DNA of 64,000 bases from Octopus sinensis (taxonomy: Eukaryota): positions 14,136,001 through 14,200,000 of the forward strand of contig NC_043024.1 of NCBI RefSeq assembly GCF_006345805.1. Reading direction: 5' to 3'. The position numbers and the translations under genes are program-made. Positions 27,790-41,274 of this stretch are shown here, piece after piece (position 1 is the stretch's first letter; every line of letters begins with the position of its first letter). The notes under the pieces are model-generated. The model ran no database searches. It worked only from the letters and a program-made list of their open reading frames with translations, and was not told the origin of the DNA.

Positions 27790-28200
27790 GCGAACTGGCA
27801 GAAACGTTAGCACGCCGGGCGAAATGCATAGCCGGTTTTCGTCTGTCGTTACGTTCCGGGTTCAAATTCCGCCGAGGTCGACTTTGCCTTTCATCCTTTC
27901 GGGGTCGATAAATTAAGTACCATTTACGCACTGGGGTCGATGTAATCGACTTAATCTCTTTTTCTGTCCTTGTTTGTCCTCTCTGTGTTTAGCCCCTTGT
28001 GGGTAGTAAAGAAATAGGTATTTTGTTTGCCGCTACGTTCTGAGTTCAAATTCCGCCGAGATGGACTTTGCCTTTCATCCTATCGGGGTCGATAAATTAA
28101 GTACCATTCACGCACTGGGGTCGATGTAATCGACTTAATCCCTTTGTCTGTCCTTGTTTGTCCCCTCTGTGTTTAGCCCCTTGTGGGTAGTAAAGAAATA
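27790..28200 (+). mobile_element. SINE family B with tandemly duplicated body
   Basis: Body repeated at ~27835-28019 and ~28020-28200; TATATAATACATGC duplicated at both flanks. Confidence 0.88.
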
Positions 28201-28929
28201 TATATAATACATGCAGCAGACTTTGTGGCCCCTAAAACCCATCGAAAGAAGAGTATCACCACCCAAACGAACCCCTGTGGATAAATAATATCCATAGAAA
28301 ATAGAAAACAAGAGAAAAGATATGTCAATCCTTAACGAAACTAGTGGACAATCAACACTACTAAGCGACAAGAAGAGAACAAAAATACTACGTAAATGCA
28401 AAATTACAGAAAAAGATTTACCTGAGGTGAAAGAACAGCTAAAGCAAGATATCCTTGACAATGCACACAAAGAATCCGACGGTAAGAGAGAAATGCCACC
28501 GTTTATTTGAAGGAAACAAACCGTACAGTTCCAACGCCAAAAGATTCTACAAAGAACTTGACAACAATGAAATAGAGATCGATGCAGCACTAACACCAGA
28601 AGAAGTGGATGAGTTTTGGAAAGAAATATGGTCGTCGAAGGAACAACCTCAGTAAAGATCTATCAAAATAACAAACACAACACCTGAAAAACTCTGGAAT
28701 CCTATAACACCTGAAGAGGTCACCCACGCACTGCAAAAATTAAGCAGCTGTTGCGATTACTACCAACAGGACTATCAATAGAAGCAACGCCGACTCGAAC
28801 ACTTCCATATCCACCACCGCTACCGCTACGAACGTCGCGGCACCACCAGCTCCACCTATGGAAAGGCCACTACAACTGGAACTGTTACTACTAATGCCAG
28901 CTGCTGTAGCTCACCACCAACGCAAACAG

Positions 28930-29046
28930 TATTATTACTACTACTACTACCAACAACCAAAATAAAGCAATAAGTACTGCTAATTCAACAACCATTACTA
29001 CTGCCACTACTACTTCTACTCCCACTACTACTACTACTAGTACTGT

Positions 29047-29078
<32 letters not shown>

Positions 29079-29169
29079 ATGCAGTTTTTACCCACTACCA
29101 CCGTTACTAACGCTACTATGACAACTACAACAACAACAACAACAACTACTACTAACACTACTACTACTA

Positions 29170-29202
<33 letters not shown>

Positions 29203-29330
29203 TTACAACTATCAGTACTACCACTACTACTACTGCTACCGCCACCAACAATAAAAACAAGGCAACAACAACAACAGCGAATACTATGGATAATACATCT
29301 ATTACTCCCACTACTCCTACCTCCATCGTC
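28930..29330. repeat. (CTA)n/(CAA)n low-complexity tract
   Basis: Direct inspection; explains the poly-T/V/S ORFs. Confidence 0.9.
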
Positions 29331-29578
29331 ATTTCTATTGATGCTGATGCTGATGATGATGTGCAGGGGGAGGACGGTAAGGCAAATGTATCCAGCTGCC
29401 TGCTCAGCAGCAATGTCGTTTTTGACGTCCTCTTCCGGTGCCACTGACACGACGAACACAAATATCCATTTATTTCCATTATCACGTTCCACACATGTTT
29501 ATTCACCAATATAATTCTATATAGAAACATGTTCTATCATAAATATATACACATACATACATACATACATAACATATA

Positions 29579-29644
<66 letters not shown>

Positions 29645-29655
29645 ATATATATATT

Positions 29656-29689
<34 letters not shown>

Positions 29690-29745
29690 CATATATATAT
29701 AAATATATACATATATATATATATCTATAATATATATCTATATAG

Positions 29746-29789
<44 letters not shown>

Positions 29790-29910
29790 GTGTAATCCGA
29801 CGCAGCAAAGGCTATTTAGGGGAGTTGGTTTGGGGATTAAAAATGCATCGGAGTCTTAAAACGTGTTGTAGTTTCTAGATTGTAGATCTTGTAACACATT
29901 TATTCAAAAT

Positions 29911-29947
29911 ACCAAACCGGTTTCGACCGTTTTTGTTTATCAATGGT
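29911..29947 (-). ncRNA. Minimal hammerhead motif, U3-A8 core, stem II damaged
   Basis: Minus strand: ACCA-UUGAUAA-acaaaaacgguc-GAAA-CCGG-UU-UGGU. Confidence 0.55.
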
Positions 29948-30278
29948 GAATAAAAGAAAAGTTTAGGAGTAATTGAAGTTACATGCGTAAATTCGGATAA
30001 AACATGCTTAGAATATCAAATGTTCATACTAATTCGAAATTTCACTAAGTTTTTGGGATACACAGTAACACAAATACTGACACAGTAATATAATTTCAAA
30101 TGTTCGACGAATACGACGGAACGTGACTTAAAATAGAGTTACCAGATTCTATCAGATGGTGCTATTAAGTACAAGATGGCCTCGGACAGTTTTGGGTTGA
30201 AGGATATCTAAGTTATTATTTTTCTTTATCTATATATCTAGCTATTATGTATCAATATATATATATTTAAATATTAAA

Positions 30279-30411
30279 ACGGCGAGCTGGCAGAAACGTT
30301 AGCACGCCGGGCGAAATGCGTAGCCGTATTTCGTCTGCCGTTACGTTCTGAGTTCAAATTCCGCCGAGGTCGACTTTGTGTTTCATCCTTTCGCTGTCGA
30401 TAAGTTAAGTA
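30279..30411 (+). mobile_element. SINE family B, 5' part
   Basis: ggcgagctggcagaaacgttagcacgccgggcgaaatgcg. Confidence 0.85.
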
Positions 30412-30726
30412 CATCCATAGAGAAACCATTAAAGAAATATAAAGTAGTCCCTTGAAGCATTCTTAAAACAATTAACTTAGACGCTAAGAAAATGATCTCA
30501 TTAGGATATAGATGATAGATCGGAACATTTTACATCTATTAGACCTCGTATCACAATTAAGGACGATAAGCATATTGATAATATTAAGTAATACTCAAGT
30601 TAGATTAATTTGCCCCAATTAATCAGACTCAGGAAAGCTTAGTAAAGCTATTTTGGATAAGTACATACCTTAAAAAAAAAGATTAAATTTCAGTTATGGA
30701 CTAATATATATATATATATATATATA

Positions 30727-31015
30727 CTAGCAGTATCGCTCGGCGTTGCTCGGGTTTGTAAGGGAAATAACTATATAAGCATTTTTAGAGAGTTATAGCC
30801 AAAAAATAACAAAAAAATGCATTAAAATGGAAAAAATTATGGTAAATTATTTTAAATCGTAGACTCATCGTAGACGCGCGCTAATACCCAGAAGGGCCGA
30901 TGTGAATCAGGAGTATAAGATACCCGGTTTTGATTAAACTGCACCGCAAAATGTGGGAGTAGTTAGGAATCTAAATCGTAGGAGACAGACACACAACTTG
31001 ACTTTTATATATATA
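30727..31015 (-). mobile_element. Non-autonomous Helitron-like element
   Basis: Same ctagcagtatcgctcggcgtt terminus as 14287; cacacaacttgacttttatatat at the other end. Confidence 0.7.
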
Positions 31016-31101
31016 TATATTTCAAAATGTAACCATAGGTGAATCGTTGGCGATTTACTTACCACCGTCTTCTTTTTCTCTTGGACTTTCTTCTGTCTCC
31101 T

Positions 31102-31136
31102 GTTACTGAAGAAGAGCATTGCCCGAAGCGTAAAAC
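31102..31136 (+). ncRNA. Degenerate minimal hammerhead motif (extra-A type)
   Basis: GUUA-CUGAAGA-A-GAGC-auu-GCCC-GAAG-CG-UA-AAAC; homologous to 31426-31460. Confidence 0.45.
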
Positions 31137-31248
31137 CACCATTTTCTTTTGTTTCCCTGATCGTCTTATTAATACTTTGCATGTACTATATGCTTGCTTT
31201 GTTGTTTGTTTTGTTTGTTCTTCGTTTTTCTTTAGGTTTAATGTACAT

Positions 31249-31322
<74 letters not shown>

Positions 31323-31425
31323 AAGTTAATCCAAACAGGAAAACACAAAGAGAAAACACAACAACGCGAGGACGTGGAACAAATATAGTATTATTGGACG
31401 CTCAGGAAGGAAGGGAAGAAGGAGG

Positions 31426-31460
31426 GTTTAACGTTTCGAGCGGAGCTCTTCGTCGGAAAC
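31426..31460 (-). ncRNA. Minimal hammerhead motif (C4 and extra-A variant)
   Basis: Minus strand: GUUU-CCGACGA-A-GAGC-ucc-GCUC-GAAA-CG-UU-AAAC; AACGUU palindrome. Confidence 0.6.
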
Positions 31461-32584
31461 ATAGGAGAAAGAAAGATCCAGAGAAGGGACGACAGAGGAA
31501 AAAAATCGCCAACGGTACACACGAGGTTACATATATATATATGTACACATATTTATATATATTTATAAATAATAATAATAATAAAAATAATAAAAACTTA
31601 ACAACAAACAAATAATACCTTTTACTGTTTGTTCTGCATTATAATATATATATACATATATATATATATACATATAATATATATTAATATATATAATATA
31701 TATACACATATACATACACATATACATTATATATACATACACACATAAATACATATATACATATAAATATGTGTGTGCGTATTTATATGAATATGTGTGT
31801 ATTTATGCACACATATCAGCACCCAAATACATGTCGGTATATATATGCGTATAAATGTATATTTGTTTGTTTATGTGTGTATATATCAAGTTGAGGTAAA
31901 ACAGAAACACAATAATACATCGTTTCTCTCTTTAGCAGGCTTCACTGATTTGGTCTGCTGCTTTAAAGGGTCGCAACCTTCCCCTATTACCAACCCTCAA
32001 ATTGCCCTCCCCTCTTCCGGCTTTCGTTATTTCTCTGATTCTAGTACATATGTTTTCGATCACCATTATTCCTCGAATTAATATAGATAGATAGGTATTC
32101 AGTTATATATAAAAAAAAATATACGTAGACGAATGTATTTAAACAGTCGTATACATGTCTGACAACATATTTAAGGAGGAGAAAAGACAGGACGCTAACA
32201 TATGAAATAGATACGGAGACTGACAGATACGTGGGACCCAAATCTCTTTCAAATTGTTTGAAATGAAACAACGACCCCCTGAGATTTGTCGATCAATAGG
32301 CGAAAGTTATCTTTATGGTATTTTAATTCCGTATCGCTGCTTACCAATTCGCTTGATTCCAGACCCATAAAAATAATAATAATTATTAACAATAGAATGG
32401 TATACGTCTGGGGAATAAAATGTAATTATATATTGAAACTAAACCTCTGTCTTTCCTTGGCACTAGTTCCTCCCCTTTTTGTGTGTCTGTGTGTCACTCT
32501 TTCTCTCGCGCTCTCTCTCTATCTGTATATATATATGTGTGTGTCTGTGTGTGTGTGTATCTGCGTACATATATGTATGTATAA

Positions 32585-32650
<66 letters not shown>

Positions 32651-33270
32651 GTGTGTGTGTGTGTGTGTATGCATGTGTATTTGACTATATGTGTGTATGT
32701 ATGTGTGTATATATGTATGGATGTATGTATTATGTTTGTGTGTATGGTGGTGTATGGGTGTGTGATAATCAACTTGTGGGAAACTGCAAACCGTTTTACT
32801 GATGGCGGGACGCTACACGTTTAGTAGAGTAAATTTTATTGATAATATTGATCAGACTTGGGACATCAAGTATCGCCTTCAAAAGCTTAGTCAACCATCA
32901 AACACACACACACATACACAAAGACGCATGTGTGTATATCTATTACGCTGTACTTGCTTTAGCCATCCGAGGGCGGGCATGATGGGGCACGGTCATGAAG
33001 GGTTTTAGTCGAATGAATAGGACCCCAGAAATGTCCTTCTTTAAGCCTGGTGACTATTATATCGGTTCCATTTTTCCGAACCACCAATTTACGGAAACGT
33101 AGACAAATCAAAACCGAATGTCGAGAGGGGGTGCAGGACAATCGCAAAGAGAAGGACACACACATATACATACGTGCACGGAAATACGCACTCAGGTATT
33201 CTTATATCCTTGAAATTCAATATAGACTACACTGCAATATTATTATAAGACTACGAAAACTAAATCAGTA

Positions 33271-33376
33271 ACATCACGCTGAAATCACCGGTTCTCGTCC
33301 GATCAGGTTAAGCAACGTCTAGCCTAGTTAGTACTTAGATGGGTGACCGCTTGGGAAACCTAGGTGCTGTAGGCAT
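33271..33376 (+). pseudogene. 5S rRNA pseudogene
   Basis: atcacgctgaaatcaccggttctcgtccgatca-ggttaagcaacgtctagcctagttagtacttagatgggtgaccgcttgggaaacctaggtgctgtaggc matches invertebrate 5S; lacks ~10 5' nt and ~4 nt at loop C/box A. Confidence 0.9.
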
Positions 33377-33390
33377 CACACAATTTTATA

Positions 33391-33528
33391 GGCTGTGTGG
33401 TAAGTAGCTTGCTTACCAACCACATGGTTCCGGGTTCAGTCCCACTGCGTGGTACCTTGAGCAAGTGTCTTTTAATATAGCCTCGGGCCGACCAAAGCCT
33501 TATGAGTGGATTCGGTAGAAGGAAACTG
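33391..33528 (+). mobile_element. SINE family A, 5' half
   Basis: ggctgtgtggtaagtagcttgcttaccaaccacatggttccggg. Confidence 0.88.
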
Positions 33529-33559
33529 CTTCAGAAAGGTCTATGTTTGTGATGGTTAG

Positions 33560-33632
33560 TTGGGGTGAGGGCGCCAGGGGTGTCGCATGGGAGTCAAGGG
33601 GGCGGCATCCTGAAACAGTTTGGGAACCACTG
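33560..33632. mobile_element. hAT (Charlie-like) MITE end
   Basis: Ends gtttgggaaccactg, the reverse complement of a CAGTGGTTCCCAAAC hAT TIR; partner end not found. Confidence 0.5.
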
Positions 33633-33674
33633 TCCTAGGTGTACACACACACACACACGCACAAACACACCACA

Positions 33675-33723
<49 letters not shown>

Positions 33724-34351
33724 TAATATGCTTATCGTTAGAGATATATTAACATATACACATCGCAAAGGCCAAACAACAAACGACAAAACGCAACTTG
33801 GTGACATTAATTCGCGATCGGTGATTTTACCCTAATGTTCAATAAAATGAAACGACCGTGTTCCTCTAACGTTTGAAACATTCTCTATGTCGGGGAAGTG
33901 GAAAAATAGATGAGAAAAAAAGTGTAAAAAGTTTGAAAAATTTATAAAATACACCCGCAGAAAACACGATTCTGTGAAATAGGTCCGAATACAAGGCGTA
34001 GACTGGCCAGATGATAAAACATTTGTTATTGAGTATTTGAAGATAAAGGAGTGAATGGGAGGACGGACGCGTGAATGTGTTTGTATGTGTTTGCGTGAAG
34101 GATCTGGAGAAGCTGCAAGTATGGGAGTACTGCTTTTTTTACGTTTTCTCTGTTTCTGGGTGTGATTTCATGTTTGTTCTTGTTTGTTTAGCTCTCTCCC
34201 TGCTAGAGATGTGTGTCCCCGTGTGCTGGAGGATGTGCATGTGTCTATGTGTATGCAGTTATGTGGAGGAGTGCGTGTGTGGACGCCGGCCTACGTACGT
34301 GTCAGCGCGAACGTGTATATCTAGATGTAAAAATCTGGCTTTGGCTATTGC

Positions 34352-34768
34352 ACTCTTTTACTCTTTTACTCTTTTACTTGTTTCAGTCATTTGACTGCGG
34401 CCATGCTAGAGCACTGCCTTTAATCGAGCAACTCGACCCGAGACTTAGTCCTTTGTAAGCCCAGTACTTATTCTATCGATATCTTTTGCCGAACCGCTAA
34501 GTAACAGGGGGCATACACACACCAGCATCGGTTGTCAAGCAATGCTAGGGGAACAAACACGGACACACAAACACACACACGCATATATATATATATATAT
34601 ATATACGACGGGATTCTTTCAGTTTCCGTCAACTAAATCCACTCACAAGGCTTTGGTCGACCCGAGGCTATAGTAGAAAACACTTGCCCAAGATGCCAGG
34701 CAGTGGGACTGAACCCGGAATCATGTGGTTGGTAAACAAGCTATTTACCACACAGCCACTCTTGTGCC
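34352..34768 (-). mobile_element. SINE family A, full length
   Basis: Reverse complement of family A. Confidence 0.9.
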
Positions 34769-35457
34769 TTTACACTGTGACTGTATCTGTGTATTTTCGT
34801 TTGGGTATAGGTTGATTGATGTCAATTGACAGATGGCAAATGAGAAATATACGTGACTGTGCACACACTGGTATCTATGTGTGTGTGTGTGTGTATGTGT
34901 GGACAGAGAACGGGTGCGACAGAGATAGAGAAAGAGAGAAAGTACGAAAGTGTGGTGTTGCGCGAGACTACAAGTCAACCTGCCTTATACATTTAGGTGT
35001 GATATCTTATTTACACAGTGACTGAATACATATGGGCATATATGCATACACACAGTCACACATACATACACACACAGACAGAGACACAGACAAACGCATA
35101 CAAACATACACTCACTCACACACATATGTATGGATAGATATTAGAAATATATAGAACTGAGCCCCGTTGATCATTTTTTATATTCCATGATAGATTGCCA
35201 AGTATTTCTCTCCACATAAAAAAGCTAATAATTTTCCGTATCCTTTGTGCTAAGTCAATAAACCTAAACGATTTGGCTTCAACATCTTTTCATATAATTG
35301 CAGATAATACATGTCATTCTGAATTATTATTTTTTAATCGTTTTGGCCCATTGTCTCGTTCAGCGAATCTGTTCCTATCATCCGTTTTCACTATAAAATT
35401 ATTCAGTAGCTTCTTGTTTCATATTTGACAGAATTTTTTTTTTGCCCTTGTTATAAC

Positions 35458-35517
<60 letters not shown>

Positions 35518-35704
35518 TGTATATATGTATGTATGTATGTATTTTGTTTTGCAAGATTCTTGATATGAAATCGTGTGTTGAAACAGATATGTGGATATTA
35601 GGAATGGTCATTTTGCCAGTTTAGCCAATAAAACACACATTATATATGGTGTTACTTTGCTTCAGTGTTATTTATTTTTTACATTAATCTTAATCTTATT
35701 TCGG

Positions 35705-35744
35705 CCAGAGTTCTTTCGTCACCCTCCTGTGACCGCATCAGTGG
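35705..35744 (-). ncRNA. Hammerhead-like motif with altered position 9
   Basis: Minus strand: CCA-CUGAUGCG-GUCAC-aggagg-GUGAC-GAAA-GAAC-UC-UGG. Confidence 0.55.
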
Positions 35745-37069
35745 TCCTTTGTTTTCTTCTTTCTTATTTGTGTGTCTCTCCTTACTAACGCACTTACTAA
35801 TGGCTGAAAATACAAAATATGAGAGTCTGTACATAGCTGTAATATTTGCGAGTATGTAGGACCTAACATATCACTCCGAACGTGAGTTCCTCGTAAGTAG
35901 GGCCGGTATAAGACCCATAGAGGCACTAATATTTTGGTAAACTCATATATTGTAATTCAAAAGCATAATAAACCATTAATTTTTGTTATTTTTCAAATCG
36001 TAGTAAAACTAACAGTGAGATGGAAAATCATGTTTATTTTTGTATAATTCCACTTTATTTCTGTTCGAAACCTTTTCTCCTACTCTTTTCAGTGCCAAAG
36101 CATTTGAACAAACATTGCGTATGACACCATGAATCCTTCGAAATTGTTTCCAATCATATAAACCAATTTGAATATTATTCAAGCTTGTTTAAAATGATTT
36201 CTTTTGTGCCATAAACCATTTTCCATTTCTCTGACGCCCCCACGTCCATTAATGCACTAAGCACGTATTTATTTTGCTTAATAGTTAATCCAGCGATGCT
36301 GTGAGTATCCAACAATGTTTCATGAACAGACGCATTTTCGTGGAAATGTAAGCATTCAATCGTGTGCTGTTCGCATTGTTTGAAATAGAGATCATAATGC
36401 AAATATCACGTGATGCTTCTACGCTAGAAATGGACAGCAGGGAATGACAAGGAAAATGGAAGACTGGAATTATCTTCATTGAAGTATATACTTTTAGAGG
36501 TTGCAACAATGCATAGAATTTAGGAAACAATAACAGAATCTTAGGTTAAATCAGTATTGACACTGTACGGATTTAGATGGGAATTTCATTTTCGATCGAT
36601 AACTTGGAATTTGGAATGGTCTGATGGCAAACTTCCGTTGAAAGTGATGAGAATCGAATAGATCCTACTGGCATAGAACCTTGTTTGGTGAGATTCTACC
36701 TGACAGACACGATCGGAAGTTTTCACGATGACATGGGCAACGACTTTGTTTTCACTGACGATATCAGATACGAGAAACAGGACTAGATTTGTATATGCGA
36801 ATACACACACATATATATATGAGTGAAATGTGTGTGAACACATGTGTGCCTATGTTTGTCTGAGTGCGTGTGTGTGTGTATGTGTGGGTGTAAGTGTGTG
36901 TGCCTGATGTTAAGGCAGAAGGCTAATGCGTCCACGTCAATGAAGAAGAAGAATGACATCGATTGCATATCGAATGTCTGTTTGGATCCAAAAGAGAGAA
37001 AAGCTTTCGGACATAGCGATTCGATCTATATAAAGGTGAAGAGGTTGTGTAGGAGAGCATTCATTATCA

Positions 37070-37125
<56 letters not shown>

Positions 37126-37225
37126 GTGTATCTATTTATCTATCTATCTGTTTATATATCTATCAATCTATTTATCTGTCTTTCTTTATATATGTAGATA
37201 TGTATGTGTGAATATATACATATTA

Positions 37226-37276
<51 letters not shown>

Positions 37277-37386
37277 AATATATATATTATATATACACCA
37301 TACGACACACCTGGATATAAGTATATATGCAGAGAGATAGAACGAGAAATAGATAGAGACAGAGAGAGAAAAAAGCAGTCAGACAG

Positions 37387-37422
<36 letters not shown>

Positions 37423-37466
37423 GAGAAAGAGAGAGAGAGAGAGAGAGGACAGACAGACAGACAGAT

Positions 37467-37553
<87 letters not shown>

Positions 37554-37897
37554 ATGATCGTAAGTATTTGAGTACATGTGTGCTTATAACATTTATTACA
37601 GATATGATTCCTTCAACACATCCCACAAAGGCGCAATATTCCTCATTCTTTCCCCGCCCAAACAGAACCTTCATCACCCAAGTTGGGGATCCACAATCAC
37701 TAAACGTAGAAGAATTTTCTCCATTACTGATATGACCAGATTATAATCAATCATGAAATATGCCATGGGTTACGTGAACTTGACGTAGAGGGTGCTCTAT
37801 ACCTTTTGCAATGACAGCAGCCAACGATAACCTTTCAACTACATACATACATATATATATTATATATATATAATATAATATATATATATATATATAC

Positions 37898-37930
<33 letters not shown>

Positions 37931-38531
37931 TATATTACATACAAATATATATACCTATATATATATATACAGATATATATATATATAAACAACATACACA
38001 TAGACATACATACATAAATATATATATGTATATATATACATATATATAATATATTCATATATATAATATATAATATGTGATGTGGTGTGTGTGTGTGTGT
38101 GTGTGTGTGTGGTGTGGGTGTGTGTGTGTATGTAATATATATAATTAGGACGTCGTGTCTCCATTCATCTGGATTGATGGTGTAGAATTTTCGTCGTGTT
38201 AAGCGTCAAAGACTCGAATGTGTTGTTTCTAAGCTGGATTCGAAATACTGAGCAAGTTGATACGTTTAAGAATATCACGTTCAAGTTATGAATGGAGAAA
38301 GAGATATAGAAAGAAAAAAAAGGTGCGTATCTGTGTTTGTGATTGAGAGGTAGAGGGTGAAGAAGGGAGAGAGAAAGAGACAGATAAGGGGAGAAAGAAA
38401 GTTGAGAAATAAACAATAACCTATGGCAATAACCTATGCAGAGAGCAATCTCGGGAAGACTCTCAGTAAATATTGATATCACAAGCTTTCTTATATATGT
38501 TCGTGTTTGATATTTAATGCGAGCTGGATAT

Positions 38532-38850
38532 GAGGGCGCGTGGCTTAGTGGTTAGGGCATTCGGCTCATGATCGTAAGGTTGTGAGTTCGATTCCCGGCG
38601 ACGCGTTGTGTCCTTGAGCAAGACACTTTATTTCGCGTTGCTCCAGTCCACTCAGCTGGCAAAAATGAGTTGTACTTGTATTTCAAAGGGTCAGCCTTGT
38701 CACTCTCTGTGTTACGCTGATTATCCCCGAGAACTACGTTAAGGGTACACGTGTCTGTGGAATGCTCAGCCATTTGCACGTTAATTTCACGAGCAAGCTG
38801 TTCCGTTGATCGTATCAGCTGGAACCCACGTCGTCGTAACCGGCGGAGTC
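38532..38850 (+). mobile_element. SINE family C inserted at the 5' end of a family B SINE
   Basis: tRNA head with A/B boxes, T-tail; AATGCGAGCTGG duplicated on both sides. Confidence 0.9.
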
Positions 38851-38862
38851 TTTTTTTTTTAA

Positions 38863-39500
38863 ATGCGAGCTGGCAGAAACGTTAGCACGCCGGGCGAAGT
38901 GCGTAGCCGTATTTCGTCTGCCGTTACGTTCTGAGTTCAAATTCCGCCGAGGTCGACTTTGCCTTTCATCCTAATAAATTAAATATCTATTTCTTTACTA
39001 TTCACAAGGGGCTAAACACAGAGGGGACAAACAAGAACAGACACACAGATTAAGTCGATTGCATCGCCTCCAGTGCGTAACTGGTACTTATTTAATCAAC
39101 CCCAATAGGATGAAAAGTAAATTCGACCTCGGTGGAACTTGAACTCAGAACGTAGCGGCAGATGAAATACCGCTAACCCGGCGCGCTAACCTTTCTGCCA
39201 GCTCACCGCCTTAAATAATAAATTAAATACCAGTTACGCACTGGGGTCGATATAATCGACTTTATCCGTTTGTCTGGTCTCTCTCTGTTTAGCCCCGTGT
39301 GGGTCGTAAAGAAATAGGTATTTCGTCTGCCGTTACGTTCTGAGTTCGAATTCCACCGAGGTCGAGTTTGCCTTTCATCCTTTCGGTATCGATTAAATAA
39401 GTATCAGTCACGCACTGGAGTCGATATAATCGACTTAATCCGTTTGCCTGTCCTTGTTTGTCCCCTCTGTGTTTAGCCCCCTGTGGGCAATAAAGAAATA
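38863..39500. mobile_element. Nested cluster of family B SINEs (+, -, +)
   Basis: 38865-38971 (+), 38987-39212 (-), 39225-39500 (+). Confidence 0.85.
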
Positions 39501-40504
39501 TAGTATATGATATGATATGATATGTATGCACGTTCTTTTCTGTTTTTATTTATTTAAAGGGTGTACATGTCAACGGAATACTCAGCCATACATACACTTA
39601 TTCTGTAGGCAGCAGTTCAGTTGTTCAATAGCTGCTAGTACTTTGGAACGAACATAGAATACGGTGGTTTCGATTGGAACTATTTATGCGCGCGCACACG
39701 CAAACACATGGCCGCGCGCGAGAGAGCTGGTGACTATAAAACCGAATATTATAGGTTTTCTTTCCGAATGACATTAAACCGGAGAAAACAATGAAAATTT
39801 AAGCGAAACATCTAAGTGCTATTTTATATCAGACCATACGTACTTTAATATAAGAGGAAATAATTTTTATATTCCTCTTTATTTCATTCTTCGTTTATGT
39901 CAAAAGGTGATCGGCAGTCTAATTTATTCTTGGTACAGATAAAATATAAATATGTGACGCTTCAGAGCAACACAAAACAGCTATACATACAAACCGAACA
40001 AATTTAATTAAAAAAGTAAATACATACATACATAATGCATACACTCACACCCTCATATATACATACATATATAGACACAAATATACATACACGAGACACA
40101 CGTATACATACATACATACACACATACATACACACATACATACATACATACATACATACATACATACGTACGTACATACATACACGCACAGATACATATA
40201 TATATTATATATATATATATATACATTCATGTATTCGTATATACTCGTACATTGACGGATCTGAAGAAGTTGTAAAACTGGGAAAATTAATGCAATGATA
40301 ATATATTTAAAGAAAAAAAATTGTAGATACGTATTTAGGGTTACATATCCCTGAATATTATTGTATTTTTGGTGTTTCTTACTTATACTTTTTGGGGGGA
40401 AAGAAATGAGAGGGTGATAAGTAAAATTTTATGTAGTTGTGCAACGTAAAAAGGTCGAAAACCACATCAAGGGGAGAGAGTGGAGTGTAGTGCAGGAATA
40501 AAGG

Positions 40505-40550
<46 letters not shown>

Positions 40551-40669
40551 AGTATATATATATATATATATAATATAATATGTATATATATATATGTAAT
40601 ATATATATATATATGTACATATATATGTACATATATATATATACATATATATATATGTATACATGTATA

Positions 40670-40701
<32 letters not shown>

Positions 40702-41084
40702 AACACACACAGGGAGAAAGAGATAGATACATACATACATAGTTTAGACATGTATAGATAGGGGGATGGATGGCTACATGGATGGAGGGATGGATTGATT
40801 GATAGGTGATATAGCATCATACACACGCAATTAGATATTCCATCTCTCAAATTATTGGTTCTGCAATTCGGGAGAAGAACCTTTTTCATGGGAAACTCAT
40901 ATTCCGAATATGTGTGCATATGTATCCATATGTGTGTATATTTCTACCTTCATATATGTATGTGTTTCTGTGTGCGTCTGTGTGTATGTGTGTGTGTATG
41001 AACATTATATCGACGCAGTCCAATGACAGAATCATGTAGGATAAGAAACATATACGTATATATATATATGAATGTATCTATATG

Positions 41085-41115
<31 letters not shown>

Positions 41116-41196
41116 TTATATGTATATATATATATATACAAATATATATATATATTTATATGTATATATATATATATGTATGTATGTGTGTGTATG

Positions 41197-41230
<34 letters not shown>

Positions 41231-41234
41231 AATG

Positions 41235-41274
<40 letters not shown>

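Larger units (their letters stand above)
25835..28750 (+). pseudogene. Fragmented R4/Dong-clade retrotransposon ORF (pre-RT region) split by four SINE insertions
   Basis: Collinear peptides KSRKHKLRWEEHIFILHAY...IW...NKLANVQRYI; KRKDMSILNE...LKQDI; AKRFYKELD...PEEVDEFWKEIWS; ITPEEVTHALQKL. These match the R4 pattern 'KFY..L...EE...FW..IW...IT.EEV..AL'; many stops and frameshifts. Confidence 0.75.

Noticed and set aside
38532-38605. tRNA-like sequence
   Set aside because: It is a SINE head running into a SINE body with a TSD; no complete cloverleaf acceptor stem
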